Shown here in pieces: positions 18,781 to 27,914 of a stretch of 64,000 nt of DNA. Both the position numbers and the translations under genes were made by a program. The stretch is from an uncultured Verrucomicrobiae bacterium (lineage in GTDB: Bacteria; Verrucomicrobiota; Verrucomicrobiia; Chthoniobacterales; UBA10450): the NCBI GenBank assembly GCA_963801815.1, contig CAWDGJ010000003.1:288001-352000 (forward strand). Direction: 5' to 3'. How positions within the stretch are numbered: the stretch's first letter is position 1; every line of letters starts with the position of its first letter. A model generated the notes under the pieces. The model searched no databases. It was not told where the DNA came from and saw only the letters and a list, made by a program, of their open reading frames with translations.

Positions 18781-19284
18781 ATGAAAATTTCTACCATTTG
18801 TTACGTGTGTTTCGTCGCTTCGCTTGCAAATGCAATGGCGCAGCAATCGACGCCGGTTGTGACTACGACGGCAATGCCCACACCGATTTCGTCGCCGGCC
18901 ACATCGCCAATTGCGTCGCAACATCAAGGACGACTGGTGGTTTCGGATGGTACGCCAATGCCGAGCGCAACGGCGGGAGTCACTACGACGTCGACGACGG
19001 CCAAACAGCCGACTGAAATGGCAGAGCCAACCCTAATTCCGGCTCCGTCGGCGCCGCCCGGCACCCGGTCTCGCCCCTCGGTGAAGCGTGGACAATTCGA
19101 ATCCCTGGCTAAGAAGTTTAATCCACACAAAGTTCAGCCGATGCCGTCTACATCGCCGTCGAGTGCTTCTACCCCAGCTGGTTCGCCGGCGGGAAAGCTC
19201 AGCAAGCAGGAGAGAGGGGAGTCGAAGCACGAGCGCAAAGGGGGATCTGAAAGTGCAGCGCCATCTCCTTCGGCAACGCCTTAG
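18781..19284 (+). CDS. Secreted Pro/Ser/Thr-rich low-complexity protein
   Basis: Signal peptide ending ANAMA, then a P/S/T/A-rich, probably disordered body. Confidence 0.7.
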   Translation: MKISTICYVCFVASLANAMAQQSTPVVTTTAMPTPISSPATSPIASQHQGRLVVSDGTPMPSATAGVTTTSTTAKQPTEMAEPTLIPAPSAPPGTRSRPSVKRGQFESLAKKFNPHKVQPMPSTSPSSASTPAGSPAGKLSKQERGESKHERKGGSESAAPSPSATP

Positions 19285-21974
19285 TCTCTTTCGTGCGCGG
19301 CAAGCTCGCGCGCGTAGGCCAATGTGTCGATCGCGTCCACATTTTTGTCGCGCCGAATCGCTTTGATCCGCGGAAAACGTAGCGCGAGCCCGCTAGCGTG
19401 CCGCCTGCTCTGTTGAATCGAGTTGAACGCCACCTCCAGCACTATCTCCGGTTTGACTTCACGATAACGGCCGTGATCGACGATTGTGTTTTGCTCAAAG
19501 TGTTCGGTCAGCTCCGCGATTTCCACATCGGTCAAACCGCTGTAGGCTTTGCCGATCGGCAATAGCTCACCATTGGTCTCGTCTCGAACGGCAAACGTGT
19601 AATCGCTCAGCACGTTGTTGCGTTTGCCGTGACCAAATTCGGCGCCGACGACAACGACATCAAGGGTCGCCAACTCCTTCTTTAGCTTGAACCAGGACAT
19701 CCCGCGCGCGCCCGGCGTGTAAAAACTTCTCGGATCCTTGATCATAAGGCCTTCGTTCAACCGCCGCCGCGCGTCTTGAAAACGCTGTTCGATTTCGGCG
19801 GCCGACTTCGCCGGGAAAACTTCTGCGACCTGAAATTGCGGAGGCAACTTCAAATCGCGAAAGAGTCCGCGCCGTTCCTCGAGCGGAGTTTTGAGCAACG
19901 ATCGGTCATTTAGCCAAAGAAGATCGAACGCGATAAACATTACCGGAACGTCCGCAGACGCGGTTGCGAACAAATCCGGACCCTCTGTTTTCCTTCCCAG
20001 ACGTTTTTGCAGGTCAAAGAAGGTCAGTTTGCGGCCGCTCTCAAAAGCAACAATTTCGCCATCGGCAATAAGGTTGACATCGAATTTGCGTGCCTGGTCG
20101 GCCAGTTCCGGAAATTGATCGGTAATGCGCCGTAAGTCGCGCGAATAGATTTCCACCCGTTCGGAGTTGCGATGAAGCTGCGCCCGAATGCCGTCGAACT
20201 TATCTTCGACGAGAACCGTGCCGGAATGCTGTTCGGAAAACCGTTCCCAAATCGTCATCGCTGACGGTTCGGGTGTCGCGAGCATGCATTTTATCGGGCG
20301 AAAGATCGACAATTCGGCGCGATCCAGTTCTTTTCGAGATGCCAATAAGGCGGTTTGGCCAATATCGCCCAGCAGCATGTTTGCCTGCTTCACCTGCTCG
20401 AGCGGAACGTCGAATGCCCGCGCGATGGCTTCTTCGACCAGGCCTTCGCGCAAACCGATCCGGAGATCGCCGGTCAAAATTTTGACGACATATTCGCCTT
20501 CGCGCGCAGAGAGATTAGCGAAGTGGATTTGCAACAACTCGGTCTTCGCAATTGGTCCGCGCGCGCGATGAATGTTTTCGAAAAGTTCCCGAGATTCGAG
20601 AATCGTGAATGGTTTGGATTTGGTGCGGCCATCGAGCGCTTCGAACGTAGTCTTGCCGAGATCGCCATGACTGGCGGCGATGCGGTGAAATTCAGCATCG
20701 CTAACCTTCGTAGCGGCGAGCAACGCCCGAACGATCACCGACCAACCGACTTGCAGCGTGCGCAAGTCGCTTTGGGCAAACACGCGTCCGGTAAAATAAG
20801 TCGAGACGATCGAAAGCTGCTCCTCGCGCAGCTTTCGCAAGTGTTCGGCAAGCAAACGGACTTTCTCCAACTTTGCCGGCGTTGCACGGATTGATTCGCC
20901 GACATTGGCGAAGGTTGAGAACTCGGATGTAGCAGCTGCCGGTGTCCCCATTTGCAGTTCTATTGGTTTTGCCGCCGAGACGGCAGAAGATCCAACGTTC
21001 GGCAATTTAAATTCCATCTGATTTTCTTCACTTAAAGCCCAAGCCTCGATGCCACGGTCGCGCAAGTCGCGGGCGAATTCCGCAGCGAACCCGTGCAGCG
21101 TTAACACCCGCTTCGGTTTCACGAGATCGACATATCGAATCAGATCGTTGTAGTCCGCATGATCAGATAGGGGGAAGGCCGCGTCGACTTGGTAGCGGTA
21201 AACCGCGCTTGGATCAACCGCCCACCCACTAATCATCGCCACACGCTTCCGCGCGATTTTCTCGATCATCGGGGAACGGTTCGCGCTCGGTGGGCAGATG
21301 AGGACTTTTCCGGAAACATCGTTCTTATTGTAGCGAACATATTTGCAGAACGACTGACCGAATTGTTCGTAGATGCGCGTCATCTGAAAAATCGATCCGT
21401 GCAGCATGGGCGTGAGACCGGCGCCATCGAGCGAGCACAGGATTTCCTGGGCTTTGCCTAACGAATAACCGAGAAGCACCGGGACAGCGCCGTCGTCGAT
21501 CGAATCGCGGCAGAATGCAACGATCTGTTCGATTACTTGTTCTGTGGGTGGGAATTGGTAGCGCGGCAAACCGAATGTCGTTTCCATGATCAACGTGTCG
21601 GCCTGTCGCCATTCTGCAGGTTCAGCCGATTTTCCGCGGCGCAACTTGAAATCACCGGTGTAAAGCAGCGTTTCGGCTTCGTTTGAGAGAAATAATTGCG
21701 CCGACCCGAAAATGTGGCCGGCCGGCAGCAGCATTAGATCAATATTGTGCACCCGTCGCTGCTCGCCGAACGGAAGCACATATTCGATTCGCGTTCCCGG
21801 CATGCGCGCCTGCATCAGACGCGCAGTGCCTTCGGAGAGAATGATTTCCTTATGCGGCGCGATATGATCGCTGTGTGCGTGCGAAACGAACGCGAGCCGC
21901 TTTGGTTCCCGCGGATCGAGCCATAGGTCGTTTACGGGAAGATAAACCCCGCGGTCATACCGCACTTCGATCAT
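19281..21974 (-). CDS. Fused MBL/beta-CASP exonuclease and ATP-dependent DNA ligase
   Basis: SHAHSDH, AGHIFGSA, YTGD, ETTF, LSDHADY (MBL/beta-CASP). EDKFDGIR (KxDG), DGEIV, AFDLL, EGLMIK, WFKLK, LRFPR..IRRDK (ligase with N-terminal DBD and OB fold). Confidence 0.93.
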   Translation of the reverse strand: MIEVRYDRGVYLPVNDLWLDPREPKRLAFVSHAHSDHIAPHKEIILSEGTARLMQARMPGTRIEYVLPFGEQRRVHNIDLMLLPAGHIFGSAQLFLSNEAETLLYTGDFKLRRGKSAEPAEWRQADTLIMETTFGLPRYQFPPTEQVIEQIVAFCRDSIDDGAVPVLLGYSLGKAQEILCSLDGAGLTPMLHGSIFQMTRIYEQFGQSFCKYVRYNKNDVSGKVLICPPSANRSPMIEKIARKRVAMISGWAVDPSAVYRYQVDAAFPLSDHADYNDLIRYVDLVKPKRVLTLHGFAAEFARDLRDRGIEAWALSEENQMEFKLPNVGSSAVSAAKPIELQMGTPAAATSEFSTFANVGESIRATPAKLEKVRLLAEHLRKLREEQLSIVSTYFTGRVFAQSDLRTLQVGWSVIVRALLAATKVSDAEFHRIAASHGDLGKTTFEALDGRTKSKPFTILESRELFENIHRARGPIAKTELLQIHFANLSAREGEYVVKILTGDLRIGLREGLVEEAIARAFDVPLEQVKQANMLLGDIGQTALLASRKELDRAELSIFRPIKCMLATPEPSAMTIWERFSEQHSGTVLVEDKFDGIRAQLHRNSERVEIYSRDLRRITDQFPELADQARKFDVNLIADGEIVAFESGRKLTFFDLQKRLGRKTEGPDLFATASADVPVMFIAFDLLWLNDRSLLKTPLEERRGLFRDLKLPPQFQVAEVFPAKSAAEIEQRFQDARRRLNEGLMIKDPRSFYTPGARGMSWFKLKKELATLDVVVVGAEFGHGKRNNVLSDYTFAVRDETNGELLPIGKAYSGLTDVEIAELTEHFEQNTIVDHGRYREVKPEIVLEVAFNSIQQSRRHASGLALRFPRIKAIRRDKNVDAIDTLAYARELAAHERD

Positions 21975-22053
21975 CCAAAAATTTACGCATTAAGCTGACT
22001 GATCCAAGCGGTGTGAATTGACAGATGACGCCAGGACCAGTTTGATTAAGGCG

Positions 22054-22653
22054 GTGAGGCCCTCAATCGCTTTGCTGCTTTTCATTTCGCTCGTAAGCGC
22101 GCTCGGTCGCGACGAACCGAGGCCGCGTGTGCTGGATCGCGTTGTTCAGTTACCGACGGCGTTGAACGAAGACTTTCAGTTTCGGAAAACGAAACTTTAC
22201 CTTTTGACCGAATCAGTGTCTGGCGAGGACAACACGAATCAGAACCAAAACATGCAGACCAGCGGGAAGGGTGGGAAACTTTCGAACACGGCGCCCTCGA
22301 GTAAATCGACGACTGTACAGGATGCATCCATCCACTTCGAAAGACAGTACCGCCTTTTCGGCGCGGTGACCAAGCTGGACCAACGCGAGCGAATGGGAAA
22401 TTACTTCGATTTTTTCTGGCGCACGCGCCGAAGCGCTGATTTGACGGTCCGTTTGGAATATCGGCAAGAAAAACTGCACAGTCACCTCCAAGCTCAGGAG
22501 ATTTCATACGTCCAAGCGCGCGGTAACTACAAAACCGAATTCAAAGTTGTCGGAGACGATTATTTTGACGACGGACGGGTCATCGCATGGCGCTGTTTAC
22601 TGATCGAAAACGGCCGGATCGTTGCGGAAACGCATTCTTACCTGTGGGAGTGA
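22054..22653 (+). CDS. Secreted hypothetical protein
   Basis: Signal-like VRPSIALLLFISLVSALG and a globular beta-rich C-terminus ending SYLWE. GTG 22054 preferred because TTG 22018 is part of a TTGACA hexamer. Confidence 0.7.
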   Translation: MRPSIALLLFISLVSALGRDEPRPRVLDRVVQLPTALNEDFQFRKTKLYLLTESVSGEDNTNQNQNMQTSGKGGKLSNTAPSSKSTTVQDASIHFERQYRLFGAVTKLDQRERMGNYFDFFWRTRRSADLTVRLEYRQEKLHSHLQAQEISYVQARGNYKTEFKVVGDDYFDDGRVIAWRCLLIENGRIVAETHSYLWE

Positions 22654-22679
22654 GCCTCAGTCGCGGGGCCGGGTGCGGT

Positions 22680-22709
22680 TTGACAGCGCCGATGTCAATC
22701 CTGTATTCT
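22680..22709 (+). promoter_or_regulatory. Sigma70-type promoter overlapped by a TTGACA-N7-TGTCAA inverted repeat
   Basis: TTGACA (22680-22685), 18 nt, TATTCT (22704-22709); TGTCAA at 22693-22698. Confidence 0.65.
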
Positions 22710-22722
22710 TAAGTACTCAGCT

Positions 22723-23235
22723 GTGCAGTCATCGATTTTAGTGGGCGTGAACGGCCCCGCCGTTTGGGTGCGAGTGGAAGGGAAGGGTAACTTCCTTAAC
22801 AGCGGGAGTCTGAAAGAATTCACGCAGGAAATGGTGAACCGCGGTTACCGCGAATTCATTATCGACTTGGAGAATTGCGCGATGATGGATTCTACCTTTA
22901 TGGGAACGCTGGCTGCCGTCGCTCTTCGATTAAGAGAGATCGGTCAGGGCCATCTTCATGTTGTGCATTGCGGCGAGCGAAGTCGCGATCTGCTTTCCGG
23001 ACTTGGTCTCGACCAGATTTTCGACATTCGTTCCAACGGTGCCGCGGCCCCGGAATGCACGGAAGTGAAAGAGAACGCGCCCGAAAGCGCCGATGCCAGA
23101 AAAAAGGAGACAACTGAAACCATGCTCGAAGCACATGAGGCTTTGTGCGATGCCGCGCCGGAAAATCTTTCTCGATTCAAAGACGTTCTCGAATACTTAA
23201 AGCAAGATCTCCATCAATCGGCAGCGGGGAAGTAA
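22723..23235 (+). CDS. STAS domain anti-anti-sigma factor (RsbV/SpoIIAA-like)
   Basis: IIDLENCAMMDSTFMGTL phospho-acceptor motif; LGLDQIF. Confidence 0.88.
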   Translation: MQSSILVGVNGPAVWVRVEGKGNFLNSGSLKEFTQEMVNRGYREFIIDLENCAMMDSTFMGTLAAVALRLREIGQGHLHVVHCGERSRDLLSGLGLDQIFDIRSNGAAAPECTEVKENAPESADARKKETTETMLEAHEALCDAAPENLSRFKDVLEYLKQDLHQSAAGK

Positions 23236-24681
23236 TTGGTCACGTTCTCGCCAACGGTTCTTTTCTGGCTGCTGGTCGCTTGTCTCGGCCTGTGGGTTTT
23301 TACTTTGCTGCGGCAACGGCGCAGCATTCGCCGGCTGGAGCGGTCGCAGGAGGAAATGCAAATTGAAGAGACACTCGTTTTCGATTTTCTTCACGGACTT
23401 GGCGAAGCTTTCAGCGAAACCATCCGTCCGGCAGATTTGCACCGATTGATTGTTGAGGGCGCAACGCGTGTGCTCGACGCTCAAGGTGGTGCACTTTATC
23501 TCACTGAGCGGACCGGCTCAAAACTCGCGCCGACTTTTATCTCCAAAGGCTGCCCGCCGCTGGTCGATGTTCCGCCGCACATTCTACAACAAGCCGCTGC
23601 CACACCAGCCGCAATGGAAAACTTTCTAAAACTACACACCATTGGATCTGGCGAAGGTTTACTTGGCCGGATCTGGCAAAGTGGCGCTCCGATTTGTTCG
23701 AATGAATTTTCGGAAGCGCCAGAGCTGGCCAAACTTCGAGATAGTTCATTCGGCGCGAGCTCGGTGATGGTTGCGCCGCTTCTTTATGCGAAGCAAAACA
23801 TGGGGGTAATCGCGCTGGCCAACAGCCGATTGGGCGCACCGTTTTCGCAAAACGATTTCGTTGTCTTCAAATCGATCGCCGAACAATCGGCTTTCGCACT
23901 CTACAACGCGATCATTTACTCCGAAGCAAACGAGAAGAAACGGCTGGATCACGATTTGGAAATTGCGCGCGACATTCAGCGCATTCTGCTTCCTGCGGAA
24001 GCGCCAACCATCGACGGATTTGAAATCAATGGGATAAACATCCCTGCGCGGCAGGTCAGCGGCGATTACTTCGATTACATTAAAGTGGATGATGAGCGTC
24101 TGGGCGTAGCAATCGCGGACGTTTCCGGTAAAGGCGTTCCAGCGTCGCTTATCATGGCGATTTGCCGCAGTGTGCTGCGCAGCCAGGCAATTGGAAATCC
24201 GTCGCCCGCGGATGTTCTCCAAAAAGTCAATCGGCAGCTCTATCCCGACATCAAAGAGGACATGTTCATTAGCATGGCCTACCTGATCCTCGATCACGTC
24301 CGGAGCACGGTGACGCTGGCACGCGCCGGTCACGATGCGCCGTTGCTTTACACTCATAAGTCGCAAGCCGTGACGCCGTTAAAAACGCCGGGAATGGTTG
24401 TCGGCATTGACAGTGGAGATGTGTTCGACAGGTTAACCAAAGACGTCGCCGTGCCGCTCGAGCGCGATGATTGCATTCTGCTTTACACGGATGGAATCAC
24501 CGAGGCACTTGACAGCGATGGGAACGAATTTGGGTTGGAACCAACGATGAAAGCCTTTAGGGAGAGCGCAAAACAGGGAGCGCAGGCGATTGTTTCACGG
24601 TTGATCGACGATTTGCGAAATTTCGTCGGGTCGACCCCCCAAAATGACGACATCACTTTGATTGCGATCCGAAAGACATGA
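23236..24681 (+). CDS. Membrane-anchored GAF + PP2C/SpoIIE phosphatase (RsbU-like)
   Basis: N-terminal TM, GAF, IARDIQRILLP, VSGDYFD, IADVSGKG, RAGH, LYTDGITE, DDITL. Confidence 0.92.
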   Translation: MVTFSPTVLFWLLVACLGLWVFTLLRQRRSIRRLERSQEEMQIEETLVFDFLHGLGEAFSETIRPADLHRLIVEGATRVLDAQGGALYLTERTGSKLAPTFISKGCPPLVDVPPHILQQAAATPAAMENFLKLHTIGSGEGLLGRIWQSGAPICSNEFSEAPELAKLRDSSFGASSVMVAPLLYAKQNMGVIALANSRLGAPFSQNDFVVFKSIAEQSAFALYNAIIYSEANEKKRLDHDLEIARDIQRILLPAEAPTIDGFEINGINIPARQVSGDYFDYIKVDDERLGVAIADVSGKGVPASLIMAICRSVLRSQAIGNPSPADVLQKVNRQLYPDIKEDMFISMAYLILDHVRSTVTLARAGHDAPLLYTHKSQAVTPLKTPGMVVGIDSGDVFDRLTKDVAVPLERDDCILLYTDGITEALDSDGNEFGLEPTMKAFRESAKQGAQAIVSRLIDDLRNFVGSTPQNDDITLIAIRKT

Positions 24682-25217
24682 AAAAAATCCCGGTAACAGA
24701 ATCTGATGCGCCGGCTGCGCCGGCGCAGGCGCAAACGGATGGCGACGATCCGATTGCTGGATTGCAGGCCGATCTCGACAAGTTCCGGGATTTGGCAATG
24801 CGGAGCCAGGCCGATTTCGAGAATTACAAGAAACGTTGCGCCCGCGAAAAAGAGGAAGCGATCAAATACGCAAATAAAAGTCTGCTCGAAAAGCTCGTGT
24901 CGATTGTCGATCACTTCGAGCTCGGATTGGAGGCGGCTCGCGGCGAAGGCGAGAAATCGCCGATTTATTCGGGAATGAGCCTGGTGCTTAAGCAACTCCA
25001 GGATTTTCTGGTCGAAAACGGTTTGCAACCCATTGAGGCTGTCGACCAAAAATTCGATCCAAATCTGCACGAAGCGATTGGTCACGAGCCGAGCGATGAT
25101 GTTCCGGAAGAACACGTGATTCGGCAAACACGCCGCGGTTACCGTTTGAAAGATCGGCTGCTGCGACCGTCCACGGTCGTTGTCTCCAGCGGCCCGGGCA
25201 AGAAAGTGATCAAGTAA
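24678..25217 (+). CDS. grpE: Nucleotide exchange factor GrpE
   Basis: RSQADFENYKKR, FDPNLHEAI, GYRLKDRLLRPSTVVV. Confidence 0.96.
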   Translation: MKKIPVTESDAPAAPAQAQTDGDDPIAGLQADLDKFRDLAMRSQADFENYKKRCAREKEEAIKYANKSLLEKLVSIVDHFELGLEAARGEGEKSPIYSGMSLVLKQLQDFLVENGLQPIEAVDQKFDPNLHEAIGHEPSDDVPEEHVIRQTRRGYRLKDRLLRPSTVVVSSGPGKKVIK

Positions 25218-25292
25218 CGCGTGACCAGTGATGAGTAAAATCAGGCCTGGCGATTGCTGACCCTCGTCACTCGACAGCTGTCACTCAACACT
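25213..25292. repeat. Inverted heptamer-array element, GTGACRA family (second copy)
   Basis: AGTAACG CGTGACC AGTGATG AG - spacer - CTCGTCA CTCGACA GCTGTCA CTCAACA CT. Includes the grpE stop. Confidence 0.75.
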
Positions 25293-25299
25293 TTTTCAA

Positions 25300-26442
25300 A
25301 TGCCGAAGACTAAGCGAGATTACTACGAAATTCTTGAAGTCGGACGGTCGGCGTCTGGCGATGAGATCAAACGCGCCTATCGCAAGCTCGCAGTAAAATT
25401 TCATCCCGACAAGAATCCGAACGACCCGCACACCGAAGAGAAATTCAAGGAGCTTGGTGAAGCCTATGACGTGTTGATGGACGGAGATAAACGTGCTGCC
25501 TACGACCGGTTCGGTCACGCGGCGTTCGAACAGGGGGGCGGATTCCGCGGCGGGTTCCATGATCCTTTCGATATTTTCCGCGAGGTCTTCGGTGGCGGTG
25601 GCGGAGGAATCGGTGGAAGTATTTTCGAAACATTCTTCGGCGGCATGGCCGGACAGGGCGAAGATCGACAACGTGGCGCCGACCTGCGTTATGATATGCA
25701 GATCACACTCGAAGAGGCGGCTTTCGGCGCGGAAAAGGAAATTGAAGTTCGAAAGCTCGACACTTGCGATAAATGCGACGGCAGCGGCGCGGAGCAGGGA
25801 TCGCGCACCGTGAATTGTCCTGTCTGTGGCGGTCGGGGTCAGGTGATCACTTCGCGCGGTTTTTTCCAGGTTTCGCAAACATGTCCCCGTTGTCGCGGCG
25901 TTGGTCACATTGTCGAAAAACCATGCCGGCAGTGCGACGGCGAAGGACGCGCAGAAAAAGCCAGTCGGATCAAGTTGAAGATTCCGGCGGGAATCGAAGA
26001 CGGCTCACGTCTCCGTTCCGCGCGCAACGGCGAAGCCGGGATTCGCGGCGGGCCGCAAGGCGACCTCTACGTCGTCGTTCATATTCAAGAGCACAAGGTT
26101 TTCAAGCGCGACCAAGGCAATTTGTATTGCGAAGTGCCGATTCCGTTTTCCATCGCAACGCTCGGTGGCGAGATTCCCGTGCCGACATTGGAAGGTAAAG
26201 CCAATGCGAAGGTACCGGCCGGCACCCAAAGCGGGCAAATGTTCAAACTTCGCGGCAGGGGAATCGTGCATGTCAATGGTCGCGAACACGGCGATCTTCT
26301 CGTGCGGGTAATGGTTGAGGTGCCGACGAAACTGAACGCCGAGCAGCGCGCGAAATTGCTAGAGTTCTCCGAATTATGCGGCGAAGAAAACACGCCGCTT
26401 CGAAAAAGCTTCTTCGAGCGAGCAAGAGAGTTCTTTCGCTAA
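25300..26442 (+). CDS. dnaJ: Chaperone DnaJ
   Basis: J domain HPD, G/F region, four CxxCxGxG zinc repeats, GDLYV. Confidence 0.98.
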   Translation: MPKTKRDYYEILEVGRSASGDEIKRAYRKLAVKFHPDKNPNDPHTEEKFKELGEAYDVLMDGDKRAAYDRFGHAAFEQGGGFRGGFHDPFDIFREVFGGGGGGIGGSIFETFFGGMAGQGEDRQRGADLRYDMQITLEEAAFGAEKEIEVRKLDTCDKCDGSGAEQGSRTVNCPVCGGRGQVITSRGFFQVSQTCPRCRGVGHIVEKPCRQCDGEGRAEKASRIKLKIPAGIEDGSRLRSARNGEAGIRGGPQGDLYVVVHIQEHKVFKRDQGNLYCEVPIPFSIATLGGEIPVPTLEGKANAKVPAGTQSGQMFKLRGRGIVHVNGREHGDLLVRVMVEVPTKLNAEQRAKLLEFSELCGEENTPLRKSFFERAREFFR

Positions 26443-26509
26443 GCGCAGCCCGCAATTCATCAGTCGGACAACGGCTTGCTTTTGTTTCTCGATGGGCTAA
26501 AACCGCGCG

Positions 26510-27286
26510 ATGGCTGACGAAGCAACGCCTGCACCGTTACCGTCGCAATCGTCATTAACCGCAGCTGTACCGCGCACCGAGCCGCTCGCAATTGTGAGTT
26601 TGGTGCTGGCAATTCTATCGTGGTTTATCTGCCTTCTTTTAGGTTCGATCCCTGCAATCATCTGCGGACACCTGTCGCGTTCCAAAATTCGCAGATCAAG
26701 CGGAGCACTCAGAGGGATGGAAATCGCGTTGGCCGGTCTCATCATTGGCTACGCCGAAATCCCTTTCGGTGTGCTAGGAGGCATCATGTTGGTCGACATG
26801 ATCAGGTCGGACCGGGTGCGCTTGCATGATCTCGCCCTTCAAAAAAAGGAGATCGCCTCGGACGATGGAAAACTGAAAGTGACAGCCTCTGGCTTCTGGG
26901 TAAAGCGATCCGATTTGAACAAACAAGCGTCTCTACAAGCTGCTTACAACAACAAGGAAATGTACGTGATCGTACTCAGCGATCCCAAGTCTAGTGTCGG
27001 CAATATGACACTACAGCAGCGTCATGAAGCGGCGAGCGAGCATAAATTGCAACAAATGGGCAATTCATCGGCGTCTCCCTCGGTTCCGCTAACAATTGAT
27101 GGGCATCCAGCATTGCAAAATGAGGTGAGTGGGACCGAGAATGGAACGAACCTAACTTTCCTTCACACCACGGTCGATGACGGTGATTCTTTCCGTCAAA
27201 TCATCGCCTGGACTTTGAAATGGCGGTGGGCAAAAGAAAACGCCGAGCTGCGCGAGGTCACCAACAGTTTTCATAGCGAAAAATAG
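26510..27286 (+). CDS. DUF4190-type membrane protein with C-terminal soluble domain
   Basis: LAIVSLVLAIL...AIICGHLSRSKI...G..IALAGLIIGY signature. Confidence 0.8.
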   Translation: MADEATPAPLPSQSSLTAAVPRTEPLAIVSLVLAILSWFICLLLGSIPAIICGHLSRSKIRRSSGALRGMEIALAGLIIGYAEIPFGVLGGIMLVDMIRSDRVRLHDLALQKKEIASDDGKLKVTASGFWVKRSDLNKQASLQAAYNNKEMYVIVLSDPKSSVGNMTLQQRHEAASEHKLQQMGNSSASPSVPLTIDGHPALQNEVSGTENGTNLTFLHTTVDDGDSFRQIIAWTLKWRWAKENAELREVTNSFHSEK

Positions 27287-27374
27287 CTGTCGTCTCTAAA
27301 CGGGGAGGCTGCCTCGGCCAAGTAGGTGCACTTTCGCGCACACACCCTGGGCACTTGGCGCGAATCAAGATTGT

Positions 27375-27827
27375 ATGAAAGAGGAACCGAAGATTGATCG
27401 CAAACGGATGATTGACTTGCTCAACGAAGATCTGGCGCGCGAATACCAGGCCATTCTCTCCTATGTGATCTACAGCCAGACGTTAAAAGGCGCGGAGTAC
27501 AACCATATTGCGCAGGAATTGGAAAAGCACGCAGGCGAGGAATTGCAGCACGCGCTGAAGATCGCGAAGCAAATCGACTACTTTAATGGTGAACCGATCA
27601 ACAAGCCGAAGGAGGTAAAAGTGTCGGACAAGCCGCGCGACATGTTGAAATTCGACCTCGAAAACGAACGCCAAACGATCATCAATTATCGCCAGCGCAT
27701 TCGTCAGGCTGACGCCATGGGCGAATTCGCTCTGGGCGAAGTTTTGCGCGAAATCATAGCCCAGGAGCAGGAACATCTGCAGGATCTGGCCGACGCGCTT
27801 GGGATCGACACCCCGAAAATCGAGTAA
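27375..27827 (+). CDS. Ferritin-like (bacterioferritin/Dps-family) protein
   Basis: LNEDLAREYQAI..Y, EELQHA, DLENE, QEQEH di-iron ligands. Confidence 0.88.
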   Translation: MKEEPKIDRKRMIDLLNEDLAREYQAILSYVIYSQTLKGAEYNHIAQELEKHAGEELQHALKIAKQIDYFNGEPINKPKEVKVSDKPRDMLKFDLENERQTIINYRQRIRQADAMGEFALGEVLREIIAQEQEHLQDLADALGIDTPKIE

Positions 27828-27914
27828 TTGCAGGTTTTAGATTGTAGATTGCAAATTGATTCGCCGCTGGACTTGTTCCTGACAATTTGGAATTTGAAAT
27901 CTTCAATCTGCAAT
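27827..27914. repeat. Inverted heptamer-array element, ATTGCAG family
   Basis: ATTGCAG GTTTTAG ATTGTAG ATTGCAA ATTG - spacer - CAATTTG GAATTTG AAATCTT CAATCTG CAAT. Spans the whole gap; the final AT forms the rsmE ATG. Confidence 0.9.

Noticed and set aside
20928..20996. Possible decayed GTAG REP doublet in the nuclease-ligase linker
   Set aside because: Starts with TGTAG and has one 5-bp hairpin, but there is no matching CTAC end or second stem. Too degenerate to support.
27316..27360. Iron-responsive hairpin upstream of the ferritin-like gene (GCCAAGT...ACTTGGC)
   Set aside because: Only a 7-bp stem with a long loop and no CAGUG loop; chance occurrence is plausible.
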